This document shows positions 12,190-24,963 of a stretch of DNA of 44,373 nucleotides, piece by piece. Position 1 is the stretch's first letter. Each line of letters begins with the position of its first letter. Source of the stretch: Octopus bimaculoides (lineage: Eukaryota); assembly GCF_001194135.2 (NCBI RefSeq), contig NC_068985.1, forward strand, positions 63,740,212 to 63,784,584. Reading direction: 5' to 3'. Under the pieces are notes generated by a model. The model had not been told where the DNA came from. It saw nothing but the letters and a program-made list of their open reading frames with translations, and ran no database searches. Both the position numbers and the translations under genes were made by a program.

Positions 12190-14640
12190 CATAGGTGAAG
12201 AAGCTAAAAAAGAGATCAAACATTTTCAAAGATAACAAGATGCTCTACAACAATTCTGAAAGATTTTATTGGAAAATTGCAAAAGCTAATGTAACTGTTG
12301 AAACCACACCTACCTATCTACCTACCAACCTAGGGGTAAGTACAGAAGTTTTGGGAATCAATACAATCACACCCAAAAGAACATAATTGTGGTGCTCTCT
12401 GAATTCATAAACAAGTCAGAGGCTGAATATATTAAAGAACAAATATGGAAAGATATCCCTGTTGATCACTGACTGCAATGAGAAAATCCAAGAAATGAAA
12501 ATCATCTTGGAACAATAAAATTCCTAACTTCTGGCTTCATTTTAGCAGCTCAGAATCAGTGTTTGCCCACCAAAAACTACCAAGCAAGCATTCTAAAAAA
12601 CAGTGCTGATCTTACCTGCCACTTTTGTGGTACAACCAGAGAAGTAGTTAACCACTTCATCTCTGGATGCTCTATGTTAGCCTCAAATGAATATATCAAT
12701 TGCCATGATAGACATGACATAGTATTTGCACTGAATCATATGCCATAAGTTTGTACTCCCATAAGAGAAGAATTGATGGGAATGTAAGCCTGCCAAAGTA
12801 GTAGAAACTAAAGATATTACGTTCTCTGGAACTTTAGTATTCAAACTGAGCATGTCAATAGACCAGATATTGTGGTAAAAAAATCGCATTGACAAAACAT
12901 GTCTGTGCATAGATACATCAATCCCAGCAAGTTGCAGCACTTCTGTAAAAACATTTGAAGGAAAATGTTAAGCAAATATATCATCAAGATCCTTTAACTG
13001 ACGCAGCCAGTTATTGGAGTGACACTCTGGATGCTTTCATAATCAGACATTGTCTTTGTTCTCTGTCATGTGTAGCAGGTTCACTGTGTTGTGACCTGTC
13101 CAGCTCTTGATGTTGTCAAACCACAATTTTCTCTGTCTGCCTCTCTTTCACCGTTCCTTTTACCATGCCCTGAAGAATGGTTTTGGACAGGGATTTATGG
13201 CAGTATACATAATTGTACCAGGCAAGCTTTCATCTTTTTACCTGTGCAAGGAGTAAGTAGTTCCTGTCTGCCAGCATATTTGTTGACTTGCTGCATGATA
13301 AAGCTGTGTGTTTTGTGCATGAGATGTGTAGCAGCCTTCTGAAGCACTTGAGCTAAAATGCCTGGATTCTTCACTCCATGTCTGCTGTAACAGTCCAGCT
13401 TGCACACACACTCATACAGAAGGATTGAAGTGTACATTCTGAGTCTTGTTGGAAAACTAAAGGAATTGATTTTCCATATGGTATTCGGCTTTGTCATAAC
13501 AGCAGAAACTAAACTGAGTCCTTTTAGATCTGTCATTCTTGGTCAGTGGATCCTAGGTTCTTGAAGGTTCACTTCATTAAGTCTCTTTCCATTCAGCATG
13601 AGGTGGATTGCTGTGTTTTGGTTGTTACTATTAACCAGGATCTTGGTGTTGCAGATGTTTCTCAGTGAACAGACAAATATTAAACATCTGCTTCACAGTA
13701 CTCTTTTATGAGTCTAAATCCTGCCTGTTCTGCAAGGATTTCTGCCTTACTCTTAAATCTGTTTAGCAAAACTCTTTGTAATACTTTGTTAGTGTGGCTA
13801 ATTAGGCTGAATGTTCTATAATTCTAGCAGAATCTTAAGTTGCCTTTCTTGGGAATGGGTATCATTAGTGATTGGGTCCATTCCTTTGGCCATGACTTCA
13901 TTTCCCATATCTTCTGACTGGTGATTGTTAGTGCAATGTTTTTGAACCTCTGATGTAATTCATTCCGAAGAATTTCCCATCTTTGAGCATGCAGTCTACT
14001 TTTTCAACTTCTTCCTGGATAATTGGAGTGTCCCCACGTTCTTACTGTTGTTATTAGAAGTGTCTAGGATATTGCTGTCATGTTTTAGTTTGTGATTGTA
14101 AATGTCTTTGCAATACTTAGACCATCTTTTGATGACATCACTCTCATTTGTGAGGCTTGTTTTGTCCCCATTGATATCAGTGGTGTGTTTCTTTGTTTCT
14201 GTTAGGATTTTGAGAGTTTCATAAGCAACCTTGCTGTTGCACTTCTTTATCTCAATATGTATTTATAAGTAAATATGAGGACCTTGAAATAGAGATCACA
14301 AAAATGTGGCATCTAAGAATAAAAACTCTACTTGTGATTACTGGAGCTTTAGGGATAACACTCTTAAATACTATGACCAAATATCAGGAAACCTAAAAAT
14401 ACTAGAACAACAAAAAATTCTTTTCATGAATACTGCTCACATTGTCAACTTGAAAATATCCAATTCTCTTAAAACTCTTTTAAAACAAAAATATTGTAAA
14501 TTCAACAGAATCTTAGTTTTCTGATTCTGATCTCCTTCCTCTACAATATATCAATGCTATATCATCCATAGTAAAACATCCAACTTGCTGTTCTGTGGAT
14601 GAGACTTGGAACAGCTCATATAAAACAAACAACAATGTAA
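12190..14640 (+). mobile_element. R4/Dong-like non-LTR retrotransposon remnant (CCHC + RLE), RT deleted, interrupted by an RTE insertion
   Basis: GFILAAQNQCLPTKNYQ...CHFCGTTREVVNHFISGC..., NRPDIVVK, ...MLSKY (12979) resumes as KYEDLEIEITKMWHL...TGALG at 14266. Ends in (AAT)n. Confidence 0.78.
12980..14265 (-). mobile_element. RTE-clade LINE, 5'-truncated and internally deleted
   Basis: WPKEWTQSLMIPIPKKGNL..NYRTFSLISHTNKVL..EQAGFR, then C-terminal SILLYEC...RQELLTPCTGKKMKA. Flanked by taagcaaatat / taagtaaatat. Confidence 0.8.
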
Positions 14641-14654
14641 ATAATAATACACTC

Positions 14655-14684
<30 letters not shown>

Positions 14685-14685
<1 letters not shown>

Positions 14686-15070
14686 GCTCTGATGCAGTAC
14701 CAGGCAGTAGCTCTCATGGCTTTTAATCTTAACTGATTGGAAGTGTTATGTATGTTTTGTCTTATGTATAAAAGATGGGCTACAGCAAATATTCTGCTCA
14801 ATACTACAGATTTGCTTGTCAGTTGCTTGACCTTAACTAACTGAGCAGGTCCCTAAATGGCTGACAATATGTGCATCTCTGATTATGAACAGAAGTAGTG
14901 GTTGAGCATAAAAGCCATGTTTTAAGAGAAATTCTTTGGTGTTTGAATAATTCCCCTCTGGAAACATGGGTGATTCATTCATCATCCTTAAACAAACCTT
15001 TTCAGTGGGATGAGCTACTTGACCTGAAGAAAACTGGGCCCCACCTGCAAGGTCATGCACAGTGTATTTT
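14685..15070 (-). mobile_element. Interspersed repeat with (TAT)n tail (SINE or LINE 3' UTR)
   Basis: Ends in a long (AAT)n tract on the plus strand and runs into a gap. Recognised by composition only. Confidence 0.45.
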
Positions 15071-15311
15071 NNNNNNNNNNNNNNNNNNNNNNNNNNNNNN
15101 NNNNNNNNNNNNNNNNNNNNNNNNNNNNNNNNNNNNNNNNNNNNNNNNNNNNNNNNNNNNNNNNNNNNNNNNNNNNNNNNNNNNNNNNNNNNNNNNNNNN
15201 NNNNNNNNNNNNNNNNNNNNNNNNNNNNNNNNNNNNNNNNNNNNNNNNNNNNNNNNNNNNNNNNNNNNNNNNNNNNNNNNNNNNNNNNNNNNNNNNNNNN
15301 NNNNNNNNNNN

Positions 15312-15585
15312 GTACCCTTAATGTAGTTCTCGGGGAGATTCAGCATGACACAGAGTGTGACAAGGCTGGCCCTTTGAAATACAGGTACAACAGAAACAGG
15401 AAGAAAGAGTAAGAGAAAGTTGTGGTGAAAGAGTACAGCAGGGTTCGCCACCATTCCCTGCCGGAGCCTTGTGGAATTTTAGGTGTTTTCGCTCAATAAA
15501 CACTCACAACGCCCGGTCTTGGAATTGAAACCGCGATCCTATAACCATGAGTCCGCTTCCCTAACCACTGGGCCATTGTGCCTCC
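15312..15585 (-). mobile_element. tRNA-derived SINE (family D)
   Basis: Minus strand starts GGAGGCACAATGGCCCAGTGGTTAGG (A box) ... GGTTTCAATTCC (B box), followed by a non-tRNA body. No CCA or acceptor stem. Confidence 0.75.
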
Positions 15586-16593
15586 ACTCAGAGGTATAAA
15601 AGAGCATCAAATAAATAGCCCAAAACTGTTGTCCAATGCTTTAATGAGTTCGCCAATCTACTGCCCTCTATAATTTCTAAATTAGATACAAAGCCAGCAA
15701 TTTTGAGAGTAAGGTTTGGTTGATTAAATAAATGAGTTATCAAGAAATATGATCCTATTTACAGAATCATGGCCATTTTGGAAAGAAATTGATAACTGAC
15801 ACCAATATATTACTGGTTATCTCTCATCATTCCATTATCTTTTTGACATCTAATTTCTCCATGTGTGGGGCAAGTCTCCCTGAGTATTCTATAGCCAAAC
15901 AGTTTGTGAAGCCACAAGTAAGAGACAGAAGTTAGTGGGAGATGAGCTGTCTACCAATGGAATGAGCAGATACCCAATGTTCTTGGAAGACCTTAAAAAT
16001 CCAAATCACTGCCCCACCAGCTGACTAAATCATATAAAAAAATCAATTTTACTTTTGGTTCAAAAGAAACTCTCTACTGTATGGTAGAAATAGTAGCCAA
16101 ATTCCCTTTAAGGTATTTTCCACCATCTTAAAAAAATGGACACATTGTTCAGAATACAGTCAAGAAGGGATAGTCATGGCTAAAACACTAACCATAGGTC
16201 TACTGGATCAGACCTGATCTGGGCCTTATTGTCACCAACACTACTTTAGACAAACCTAGACGTCTTCCTTTCATTCCACCTACAGCTATCTTTGTGCTCC
16301 ATGTTGTACCACCAAGCAACATCTTCACCTCTGCTCAAGACACACGGATGTATCTCATGAATTTTATTTACTTTTTTTTTTTTTTGCTTTTCTGTTTTAG
16401 TCGTGTCACTACATCTCACACTAGTACCCAAGCTAATCATGTGATCCATGCCTATTAGTGCCATTGGCTTCTTACACAGCCAGTGACTGTCTCATAACTC
16501 CTGTAACACAAAAGCATTTTGATTGTACAACTTGCAAATCTGATTCTACTAGAATAGTCAGCCTTGAAATAAATGCCAACAAACATAACTTAC

Positions 16594-16698
16594 ATTCAGG
16601 TATAATTGTTGAGCAATTTCCTTAATATGCGCCATCATTTTCTCATCATTTGTGCTTGAACGTTCTTCCTTTAATTGGTCCTGCATTGTCGCATAAAC
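16594..16698 (-). CDS. SBF2: SBF1/SBF2 coding exon, 105 nt
   Basis: catttctgtAG ... GTaagt. VYATMQDQLKEERSSTNDEKMMAHIKEIAQQLYLN (cf. KMIKHVRELAEQLFKN). Phase 0-0, joins the flanking exons in frame. Confidence 0.88.
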
Positions 16699-16744
16699 CT
16701 ACAGAAATGAACACCAAAAGTCAACAGAATTATTAAAAAAAAAT

Positions 16745-16970
16745 AATAACAATCCTTTCTACTAAAGGCACAAAGCCTGAAATTTTAGGGGAAGCAGCTA
16801 ATCGATTATATCAACCCCAGTGCATAACTGGTACTTAATTTATCGACCCCCAAAAGGATGAAAAGTAAAGTCAACTTCGATGGAATTTGAACTCAGACCA
16901 TAGCAACAGGCGAAATACCTCTAAGCATTTTGTCCAGCATGCTAACAATTACTGCCAACTTGCCACCTTA
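16745..16970 (-). mobile_element. SINE family C
   Basis: Matches 548-779 in reverse. Starts about 47 bp from the acceptor of the 16594-16698 exon. Confidence 0.8.
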
Positions 16971-17014
16971 ATAATAATAACACCAACATCACTACTACTA
17001 CTAATAATAATATA

Positions 17015-18143
17015 AACCAGAAGAGTTAAAATGCTATGTAGATCCAAGCTGAATGGAAGGAACCAGATTAGAGACATCAAAACGTGGATTGTAGGTGTGA
17101 TACATTACTATGCAAGAGTTGTGGACTGGACAGAGGAAGAACTGATCGACATGGATAGGAAGGTAATGGCTATGCATGAGTACCTTCATGCTAGAATTAA
17201 CATAGCAAGGCTTTCCTAACCTAGGGAAGAGGATTGGTTGGAAAAGAAGATAGTGTTGTGTAGGAGATCAAGTCCTTGCATGCCTCCTGTCTGAGGAATA
17301 ATGATGAAACAATGCTGCAGGCTGCACTGAGTGAGGTGATCAGTGACAAAGGTGAGACCCTCCAGGAGTTACAATATGAGGACTAATAGAGAAAATATCT
17401 CATCAATTGGAAAGATAGGTCCTACATAGAAAACTTTTTCAAACAAACACTGGATGAAGCTGATGAAGAACCCTGGAGAAGGTTATGATATGGCTTTTTA
17501 AAGAAGATGGAAGGACTGATTCTTATTGCTCAAGAACAAGCTTTAAGAATGAAATCAAGTGTAGCATTGATAAGACAGCAGTATCACTTTTCTGTAGACT
17601 ATGCGAAAAATCATCTGAGACAATCAGACATATAATTAATGGATGCTCAAAACTAGTACAAAAGAAGTACAAAAATGCCATGACAAAATAGAAGTGTGAA
17701 TACACTGGGAGTCATGCAAGAAGTATGAACTAGAATGTTCCCACAAGTGGTATGATGAAATGGTTGGATGAAATTCAAATGGAATATACCAATGTACACA
17801 GACAAAAAGCTGCAATATAACCAAACAGATAACACTCTCCTACTAAAGGAGTCTAAAGAATGGACATGCATTTCAGAATATTCTGAAGACAAAATGACAA
17901 GAAAGTTGGGAAGTACCAAGACCTAGGACTGGAAGTGAAAAGAATTCAGAGAGCCTCAAAAATGAGAGTGGCACCTATTGTGATCAGTGTACTTGAGATC
18001 ATCTGAAAAAGAGCAATATTTTGGCATTAAAAGCTGCAAATACCAAACTTCATTGGAAGTATTCAGTTGGCAGCAATACTTGGAGCAGCCCATGTGTTGA
18101 GAAAAGTGTTGCATCTCTAAGCTGTGGGATAGAGCTGAGATGT
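17015..18143 (+). mobile_element. R4/Dong-like retrotransposon 3' fragment (post-RT, CCHC, RLE)
   Basis: SKLNGRNQIRDI...; CRLCEKSSETIRHIINGCSKL; KYQDLGLEVKR...APIVI. Many stops and frameshifts. Followed directly by (GAA)55. Confidence 0.8.
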
Positions 18144-18308
18144 GAAGAAGAAGAAGAAGAAGAAGAAGAAGAAGAAGAAGAAGAAGAAGAAGAAGAAGAA
18201 GAAGAAGAAGAAGAAGAAGAAGAAGAAGAAGAAGAAGAAGAAGAAGAAGAAGAAGAAGAAGAAGAAGAAGAAGAAGAAGAAGAAGAAGAAGAAGAAGAAG
18301 AAGAAGAA
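18144..18308. repeat. Perfect (GAA)55 microsatellite
   Basis: Uninterrupted gaa units across 165 bp. Confidence 0.97.
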
Positions 18309-19048
18309 TCAGGCTGTGACCCTAAATGCAGATTCTGTGAGACGTTTCACAAAACAATAGACCATCTCGTCTCAGGATGTCCTGTTCTGACACCAAACGA
18401 ATATAAAAATCACCATGGCAGGGTAGGACAGTATTTACATTGGAAAATATGTAAACACTACAAAATCAGCACTCCTGCTTACTGGTATGGACATCATCTT
18501 GAGCCAGTTGTTGAAGGTAAAAATTCCACTACCCTCTGAGATTTTCCAGCCAACACTGACAGAACAATCCAGGATAATCAACCAGGCATAATTATTAAAG
18601 ACAGAGAAGAAAAGACTTGCACACTAATAGATGTAAGTGTTCCCACTGACAGAAATATATCTGTCAAGGAATTTGACAAACTAAGTAAATATAAGGACCT
18701 GGAAACTGAAATACAAAAGATGTGGCATCTTAAAGCGAGAACTGTTCCTGTTATTGTAGGTGCCCTAGGTATGATAAAAAAATGGATGTGAGAAACATCT
18801 AGATAAGATCCCAGGAGAACCATGTCTCAGAGAAATCCAAAAGATTGTGCTGACAAGTACTGCCCACATCCTTAGAAAAAGCCCTATTCATTTAAATATC
18901 TGTGTTATATTACATGAAGACATTTCACTACATCCCCTCCTCAAGCTTCCAGTCATACTGTAACATCTCTTCTCTTTCACTTGCCCCAAGACACTGGGTG
19001 TGTTTTGGCAAGTGACTGTAACAAACATGCAGATTAAAAGTAAAAATG
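18309..19048 (+). mobile_element. R4/Dong-like retrotransposon 3' end (CCHC + RLE + 3' UTR) with (AAT)n tail
   Basis: CRFCETFHKTIDHLVSGC...YLHWKIC; NQPGIIIKD...LIDVSVP...KLSKYKDLETEIQKMWHL..VPVIVGALG. Relatively well preserved. Confidence 0.87.
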
Positions 19049-19107
<59 letters not shown>

Positions 19108-19278
19108 CATTATTTAACATCTGCTTTCCATGCTAGCATGGGTTGGACAATTTGACTGGGGACTGATGAGCCAGATGGCTGCACCAGACTCCAATCTGAT
19201 CTGGTAGAGTTTCTACAGCTGGATGCCCTTCCTAACGCCAACCACTCTGAGAGTGTAGTGGGTGCTTTTTACGCGCCG
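19108..19278 (-). mobile_element. Family B repeat inserted within an (AAT)n tract
   Basis: Homologous to 10721-10945, with (AAT)n on both sides. Confidence 0.8.
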
Positions 19279-19336
<58 letters not shown>

Positions 19337-19337
<1 letters not shown>

Positions 19338-22300
19338 GAGATGAAAAACATGAAACAGATGGAAACCACAGAGTACCAGAGAATACTAATAAAGTAACTA
19401 ATGAAGACGATCTACATGGACAAGTGACAGTAAGTACTGAACAAGACTTGAATGATGAAGAGATTTTAGAAATGTTGAGAGGTAAAATGACTGATGGGAT
19501 CAATGAAGTACTACCAAATATAAGATATATGGACAGAAAACAAGTGAGGAAAGCCACAGGCAAAGTAAATGACATTTTAAGCTTCATTAAAACAGAAAAC
19601 ATCAGTGAAACAAACCAGTTAACCATTGCTGCTCATGTTGTAGCTAACATAGTAGGCTACAAGCGAAAAACTGAAGATATAAAAGCAAATGAAAAGAAAG
19701 AACCAACCTGGAGGATGAGAATACAAATGAAGCTGGAAAAAACATGGAAAGAACTGTGACAATTGAATAGGATAATGAGAGGAAAGCTCAAGAATAAGGC
19801 AGTAATCAGAAAATTGAATGGACAGTACAGGTTAGAAGAAATGAGAAAACAAACAGTACATGAAGAATTGACACAAAAAAGTGACAGCATTAAAGGACAA
19901 ATTAAAAAGATATGATGCAAGATGCAAAGGTTTCAAACAGTATAGACTCAGCCAATCAAATAGAAGGTATCTATTTGAGGAAATAGAGGGAAGCCAACAT
20001 CAGGAACTGATTCCAGATGTAGAAGAAAGTAAAGAATTTGGGGGAAGGGTGAGACATGAAGGTGTGGAGTGACTGACAAAGGTGGAAAGACAATTTGCAA
20101 CTGTACCAAAACAAAAGGAAGCCAGTGAGACAGAAGTTTTAAAAAATAGCAAATTAGAGAAGACCAGGCCTGGATGGAGTACATGGCTATTGGCTGAAGA
20201 ATTTTACACAGTTGCATGAAAGAACAGCTGTGCAACTGGATGACTGCCTGCAACAAGGTCACATTCTTGCCTGGATAACGAATGAATGAAAGCTGCTATG
20301 CCTCAAGGATCCCTTGAAAGGGAACTTGGCACCAAATTTTCAATCTGTAACCTGTCTACCACTAATATGGAAGCTTATGACTGATATCTTGGTGGAAGAG
20401 TTATACAACCATCAGGAAAGTAACAATCTACTTCCAGAAGAAAAGAAAGGATGCAAGAAACAAAGTAGGGCAACAAAAGATCACTTATTAGTTGACAAAA
20501 TGATAATTAGAAATTGCAGACACAGATTGACAGGATTACAAAAAAGCATATGACATGATACTATGCAGTTGGATAAGTAAAACGATGAGCATGTTTGGAA
20601 TAGCAAAAAACACGGAGAAAATGCTTAATAAAAGCATGAAACATTGGAAAACAGAATTGATTGGAGGAAAACAAAGACTCTGAAAAGTGAACATCAGATG
20701 TAGAATATTCCAAGGTGATAGCTTATCTCCATTGCCATTCATACTGGCAATGATACCGCTCACTATCATACTACAAAAAGTGAAAATTGCTTACGAATTG
20801 GGAAAAGGAAATGGTCAGATAAATCATCTACTTTTCATGGATGACATAAAGGTTTATGCCAAAAATGAGAAACAACTTGAAAGTCTTGTACATACGATCT
20901 GCATTTTCTCAAATGACGTAAGTATGGAATTTGCGATATAAAGGTGTGCTATATTGAAAATGAATCAAGGAAAATTTGAAAGAAGCCAGAGAATTGTATT
21001 GCCAAATGGGCAAACAAAGAGAGTGATTAAGAAAAGACAGTGGTATAAGTACTTGGGAGATAAAAGATGAAGAAATGAAACAAATTACCAGTATAGAGTA
21101 CACTAGGAGAGTCAGAAAATTGCTGCAATCAAAGCTGAATTCCAAAAATCTCATTGAAGCAATAAATTCAATAGTACCTTTAATCAGATATGGATCACGA
21201 ACAAAATAAAGAAACTTGACAGAAAAAACTAGGAAGTTGTTGGCAATGTATGGAGCCCACTATCCAAAGGCTGATATCAACCGGCTGTAATTCAGGAGAG
21301 ACCAGGGTGGAAGAGGTTTAATAGCAATAGAAGAACATGTACGGAGGGAAAGAAAAAGCCTTGTAGAGTACTTAGAGCAGCACAGAAAAACTACTAAAGG
21401 CAGTTAATAAAGAAAAGGTGACGAAGCATGTAATTGGAGAAAAGGATAAGAATGAAATACAAAGAGAGCATGTCAGACAAATCAAAGAGAAACCTCTGCA
21501 TGGTCAATTTTGGAGAGTCACTGAAGATGTATGTTGAACAAAATCCTGGGCTGGATTAAAAAAATGGGAATTAAAAAAAGAAACAGAGAACCTGATTGTA
21601 GTAGCCCAAGATCAAGCAATAAAAACTTAAGAAAAACATATATATGGAGAGAATGTATCAGAAAAATGTAGAGCCATTGGTACTTGGAATGAGACAGTGG
21701 CAGAATGGCCCAAGTTGGCACAGGAAAAATATAAGAAATAGAGGCAGAACCAGGTTGTAAAAGTTTTACACTGGAAACTGTGCCAGAAATGGGAATTTGA
21801 AGCTGGAAATACATGGTGCAATCATCGAGTCAAAAGAGTACTAGAGTCAGAAAAATGTAAGATTTTGTAGGACTTTCCAATTCAAACAGGCAAGAAATTA
21901 GAAAACAATAAACCAGATATTACAATCATAGATAAGGAAAAATGAAGTTGCTTATTTAATGGCCCATCATGCCCATTTGATTCCATGATTGTAAAGAAAG
22001 AGGAAGAAAAACAAAAAAAGCTTCCTACCAATAATCTCACGTTGTGAGATTAAAAAATAGTAATTTTCTAAAAAAATACAATCCCCTATAATTTGGAATA
22101 GGAAGAATTTGGAGCATGCAAACAGTAATGATTGTGCCTATAATAATTGGTGCACTGGGATGAGTTAGTGAAGATACAGACAAATGACTGAGGGAGATTG
22201 AAATAGAATGCCCAGCAGAGCTCCAACAAAAAGTTTGTCTCTTTGGGACAGCAAGGATTATCAGGTGGGTCCTAAGCACTTGAAAGAGTGGATACCTAAG

Positions 22301-22370
22301 GCTACAGTTAGTAAACCCACTATCCACATAATCCCTACCAGGAATAACACTGAATCTGTGACAAACCAAA
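19337..22370 (+). mobile_element. Near full-ORF R4/Dong-like non-LTR retrotransposon (RT + RLE), pseudogenised
   Basis: RT motifs TCLPLIWKLMT, KAYD, IFQGDSLSPLPF, HLLFMDDIKVY, GGRGL; C-terminal HWKLC, NKPDITI, VPIIIGALG, GTARII. Numerous stops and frameshifts. Confidence 0.9.
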
Positions 22371-22374
22371 ATAA

Positions 22375-22790
22375 TAATAATGGTTTCAAATGTTGGTACA
22401 AGGCCAGCAATTTCGAGGGAGCAGGTAAGTCAATTACATTGACTCCAGTGCTCAGTTGGTACTTATTTTATCAAAGGATGAAAAGCAAAGTTGACCTCAG
22501 TGGAATTGGAACTCAGAACATAAAGAGGGACAAAATACTGCTAGGTATTTTCCCCAGCATACTAATGATTCTGCCTGCTTTTATTATTGTTGTTGTTGTT
22601 GTTGTTATTATTATTATGGCACAGGAATGGCTGTGTTGTAAGAAGCTTGCTTCCCAACCACATGGATCTAGGTTCAGTCCCACTGTGTGATACTTTGGGC
22701 AAGTGTCTTCAGCTATAGCTTCAGGCTGATCAAAACCTTTGAGTGGATTTGGTAGATGGAAACTGAAAGAAGCCCATCATGTATGTATAT
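22375..22790. mobile_element. SINE family C (minus) followed by a SINE family A head (plus)
   Basis: 22375-22580 matches family C in reverse; 22618-22790 matches the family A 5' half. Confidence 0.75.
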
Positions 22791-23264
22791 ATACATATCA
22801 TTCAGCCGTGGTAGTGGTTGAATATATTCTTAAATCCACCATTTTGACAATCGCAACAGCTTCCAAGCTTCACCACTAATTCAGTTCTCAACTAAATTGC
22901 AAACTGTTAATAAAAGAGGACACCTATCAGCTACACTTTGGCATAAATAGTTTGAGATTTGGTTCAGTAGAAAAAAGTTACATCAAAATATCTGCGACCT
23001 CAAGGGGAACAGTAAGGCAGATATTCATCTTCAATTAACCTAAATTTTTTAATTCTAAATTAAAAGTATACTTTTCTTAGGCTTAAATGATAGAAAAATG
23101 CATGAGGAATTGAGAATCGCTAGTCACATTGAACAAAAGTTAGTAGAAGAAGAGTTATGAGGTAAAATGTTACGAAATTTTGTGTCAGTAAGTAAAGAAG
23201 TAAGGGAGTAACTCTTCAGCAATAAGGATAAAGAATGTATTTCTAAAATGAATGTTTACTTTTT

Positions 23265-23974
23265 AAGGCAGGGAGCTAGCAGAAACGTTAGCATGCTGGG
23301 CAAAATTCTTAATGGTATTTCGTCTCTCTTTACGTTTTTGAGTTCAAATTTCGCCTAGGGTCGACTTTGACGTACAGATTATTTAATTAATTTTTTTTAA
23401 CTAAACATTTTCAAACTTCCATTACTGGTAGAATATGTCACATAGAACAGGTTTTATTCTTAATGTTTTTGACAAAATCTTGTATTTTAGAAGTGGTATT
23501 TCGTCTGTCTTTACATTCTGAATTCAAATTCCACCAAGGTCGACTTTGCCTTTCATCCATTTCAGATCTATTCAATTCGACATATAGATTATTTCCTTAA
23601 TTGTTTTAACTAAACACATTCAAACTTCCGATACTGGCAGAATGTATCACATAGAACAGGGTTTACTCTCTCTTTACTCTTTTACTTGTTTCAGTCATTT
23701 GACTGTGGCCATGCTGGAGCACCACCTTTAGTCGAGCAAATCGACCCCAGGACTTATTCTTTGTAAACCTAGTACTTATTCTATCGGTCTCTTTTGCCGA
23801 ACCGCTAAGTTATGGGGATGTAAACACACCAGCATCGGTTGTCAAGCGATGTTGGGGGGACAAACACAGACACACAAACATATACACACATATATATATA
23901 CATATATACGACAGGCTTCTTTCAGTTTCCGTCTACCAAATCCACTCACAAGGCTTTGGTCGGCCCGAGGCTAT
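23265..23974. mobile_element. Two tandem family C head-containing composites followed by SINE family A (minus) running into a gap
   Basis: gtatttcgtct..tttac.tt.tga.ttcaaatt...ggtcgactttg...caaacttcc...cacatagaacagg occurs twice (23315-23455 and 23495-23662). Family A at 23675-23974. Confidence 0.7.
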
Positions 23975-24500
23975 NNNNNNNNNNNNNNNNNNNNNNNNNN
24001 NNNNNNNNNNNNNNNNNNNNNNNNNNNNNNNNNNNNNNNNNNNNNNNNNNNNNNNNNNNNNNNNNNNNNNNNNNNNNNNNNNNNNNNNNNNNNNNNNNNN
24101 NNNNNNNNNNNNNNNNNNNNNNNNNNNNNNNNNNNNNNNNNNNNNNNNNNNNNNNNNNNNNNNNNNNNNNNNNNNNNNNNNNNNNNNNNNNNNNNNNNNN
24201 NNNNNNNNNNNNNNNNNNNNNNNNNNNNNNNNNNNNNNNNNNNNNNNNNNNNNNNNNNNNNNNNNNNNNNNNNNNNNNNNNNNNNNNNNNNNNNNNNNNN
24301 NNNNNNNNNNNNNNNNNNNNNNNNNNNNNNNNNNNNNNNNNNNNNNNNNNNNNNNNNNNNNNNNNNNNNNNNNNNNNNNNNNNNNNNNNNNNNNNNNNNN
24401 NNNNNNNNNNNNNNNNNNNNNNNNNNNNNNNNNNNNNNNNNNNNNNNNNNNNNNNNNNNNNNNNNNNNNNNNNNNNNNNNNNNNNNNNNNNNNNNNNNNN
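23975..24500. other. Assembly gap (largest of seven: 4724-4922, 10946-11304, 15071-15311, 23975-24500, 31711-31851, 32513-32612, 43010-43019)
   Basis: Runs of N, mostly abutting repeats or microsatellites. Confidence 0.99.
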
Positions 24501-24963
24501 GTGGAATCAAGTACCTGACCTAATATGCTGCAAATCCCTTATTTTGGTTCGGAAAAAATGAAGTGGAGGGTTTCTCCCCACTGCCAATCCTGGAATCAGT
24601 GGAAATTTCTTTTTTTTTTTTTCGCTGAATGAATTTCTATGACCTCCTAATATTGAAAAATTAGGTTACTTGAAGTGAGCCTGGTAACTAATGGTTTTGG
24701 GGTTTTGTTGTTTGTAACTTTTAGTGAGCCATGGTGCAACCAACAATATGGTAAAAATCCCTGCCATTAATTTGGTGTGGATGGGTAAAATCAAATAGTT
24801 CAATCACAACCTATATTTAAATTTAACATGAAAAAATTGAAATATTATCATCACTTACATGGAAAAATTGAAATATTATCATTCAGTATTTTATAAGGTA
24901 AAATCTTAAATTATTGACACATTATTAATTATCTTATAATAGCAATGCCTGGAAAAATTATGG

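Noticed and set aside
15510-15585. tRNA gene
   Set aside because: A and B boxes are present, but the sequence continues into a SINE body and cannot close a cloverleaf acceptor stem.
18021-18539. 172-aa ORF with poly-Glu (and the overlapping poly-Lys ORF)
   Set aside because: A chance open frame across (GAA)55 joining two different retrotransposon fragments; not a gene.
23839-24561. Long ORFs of 170-240 aa spanning gaps (also at 10795-11552 and 14898-15454)
   Set aside because: They are open only because N runs contain no stop codons.
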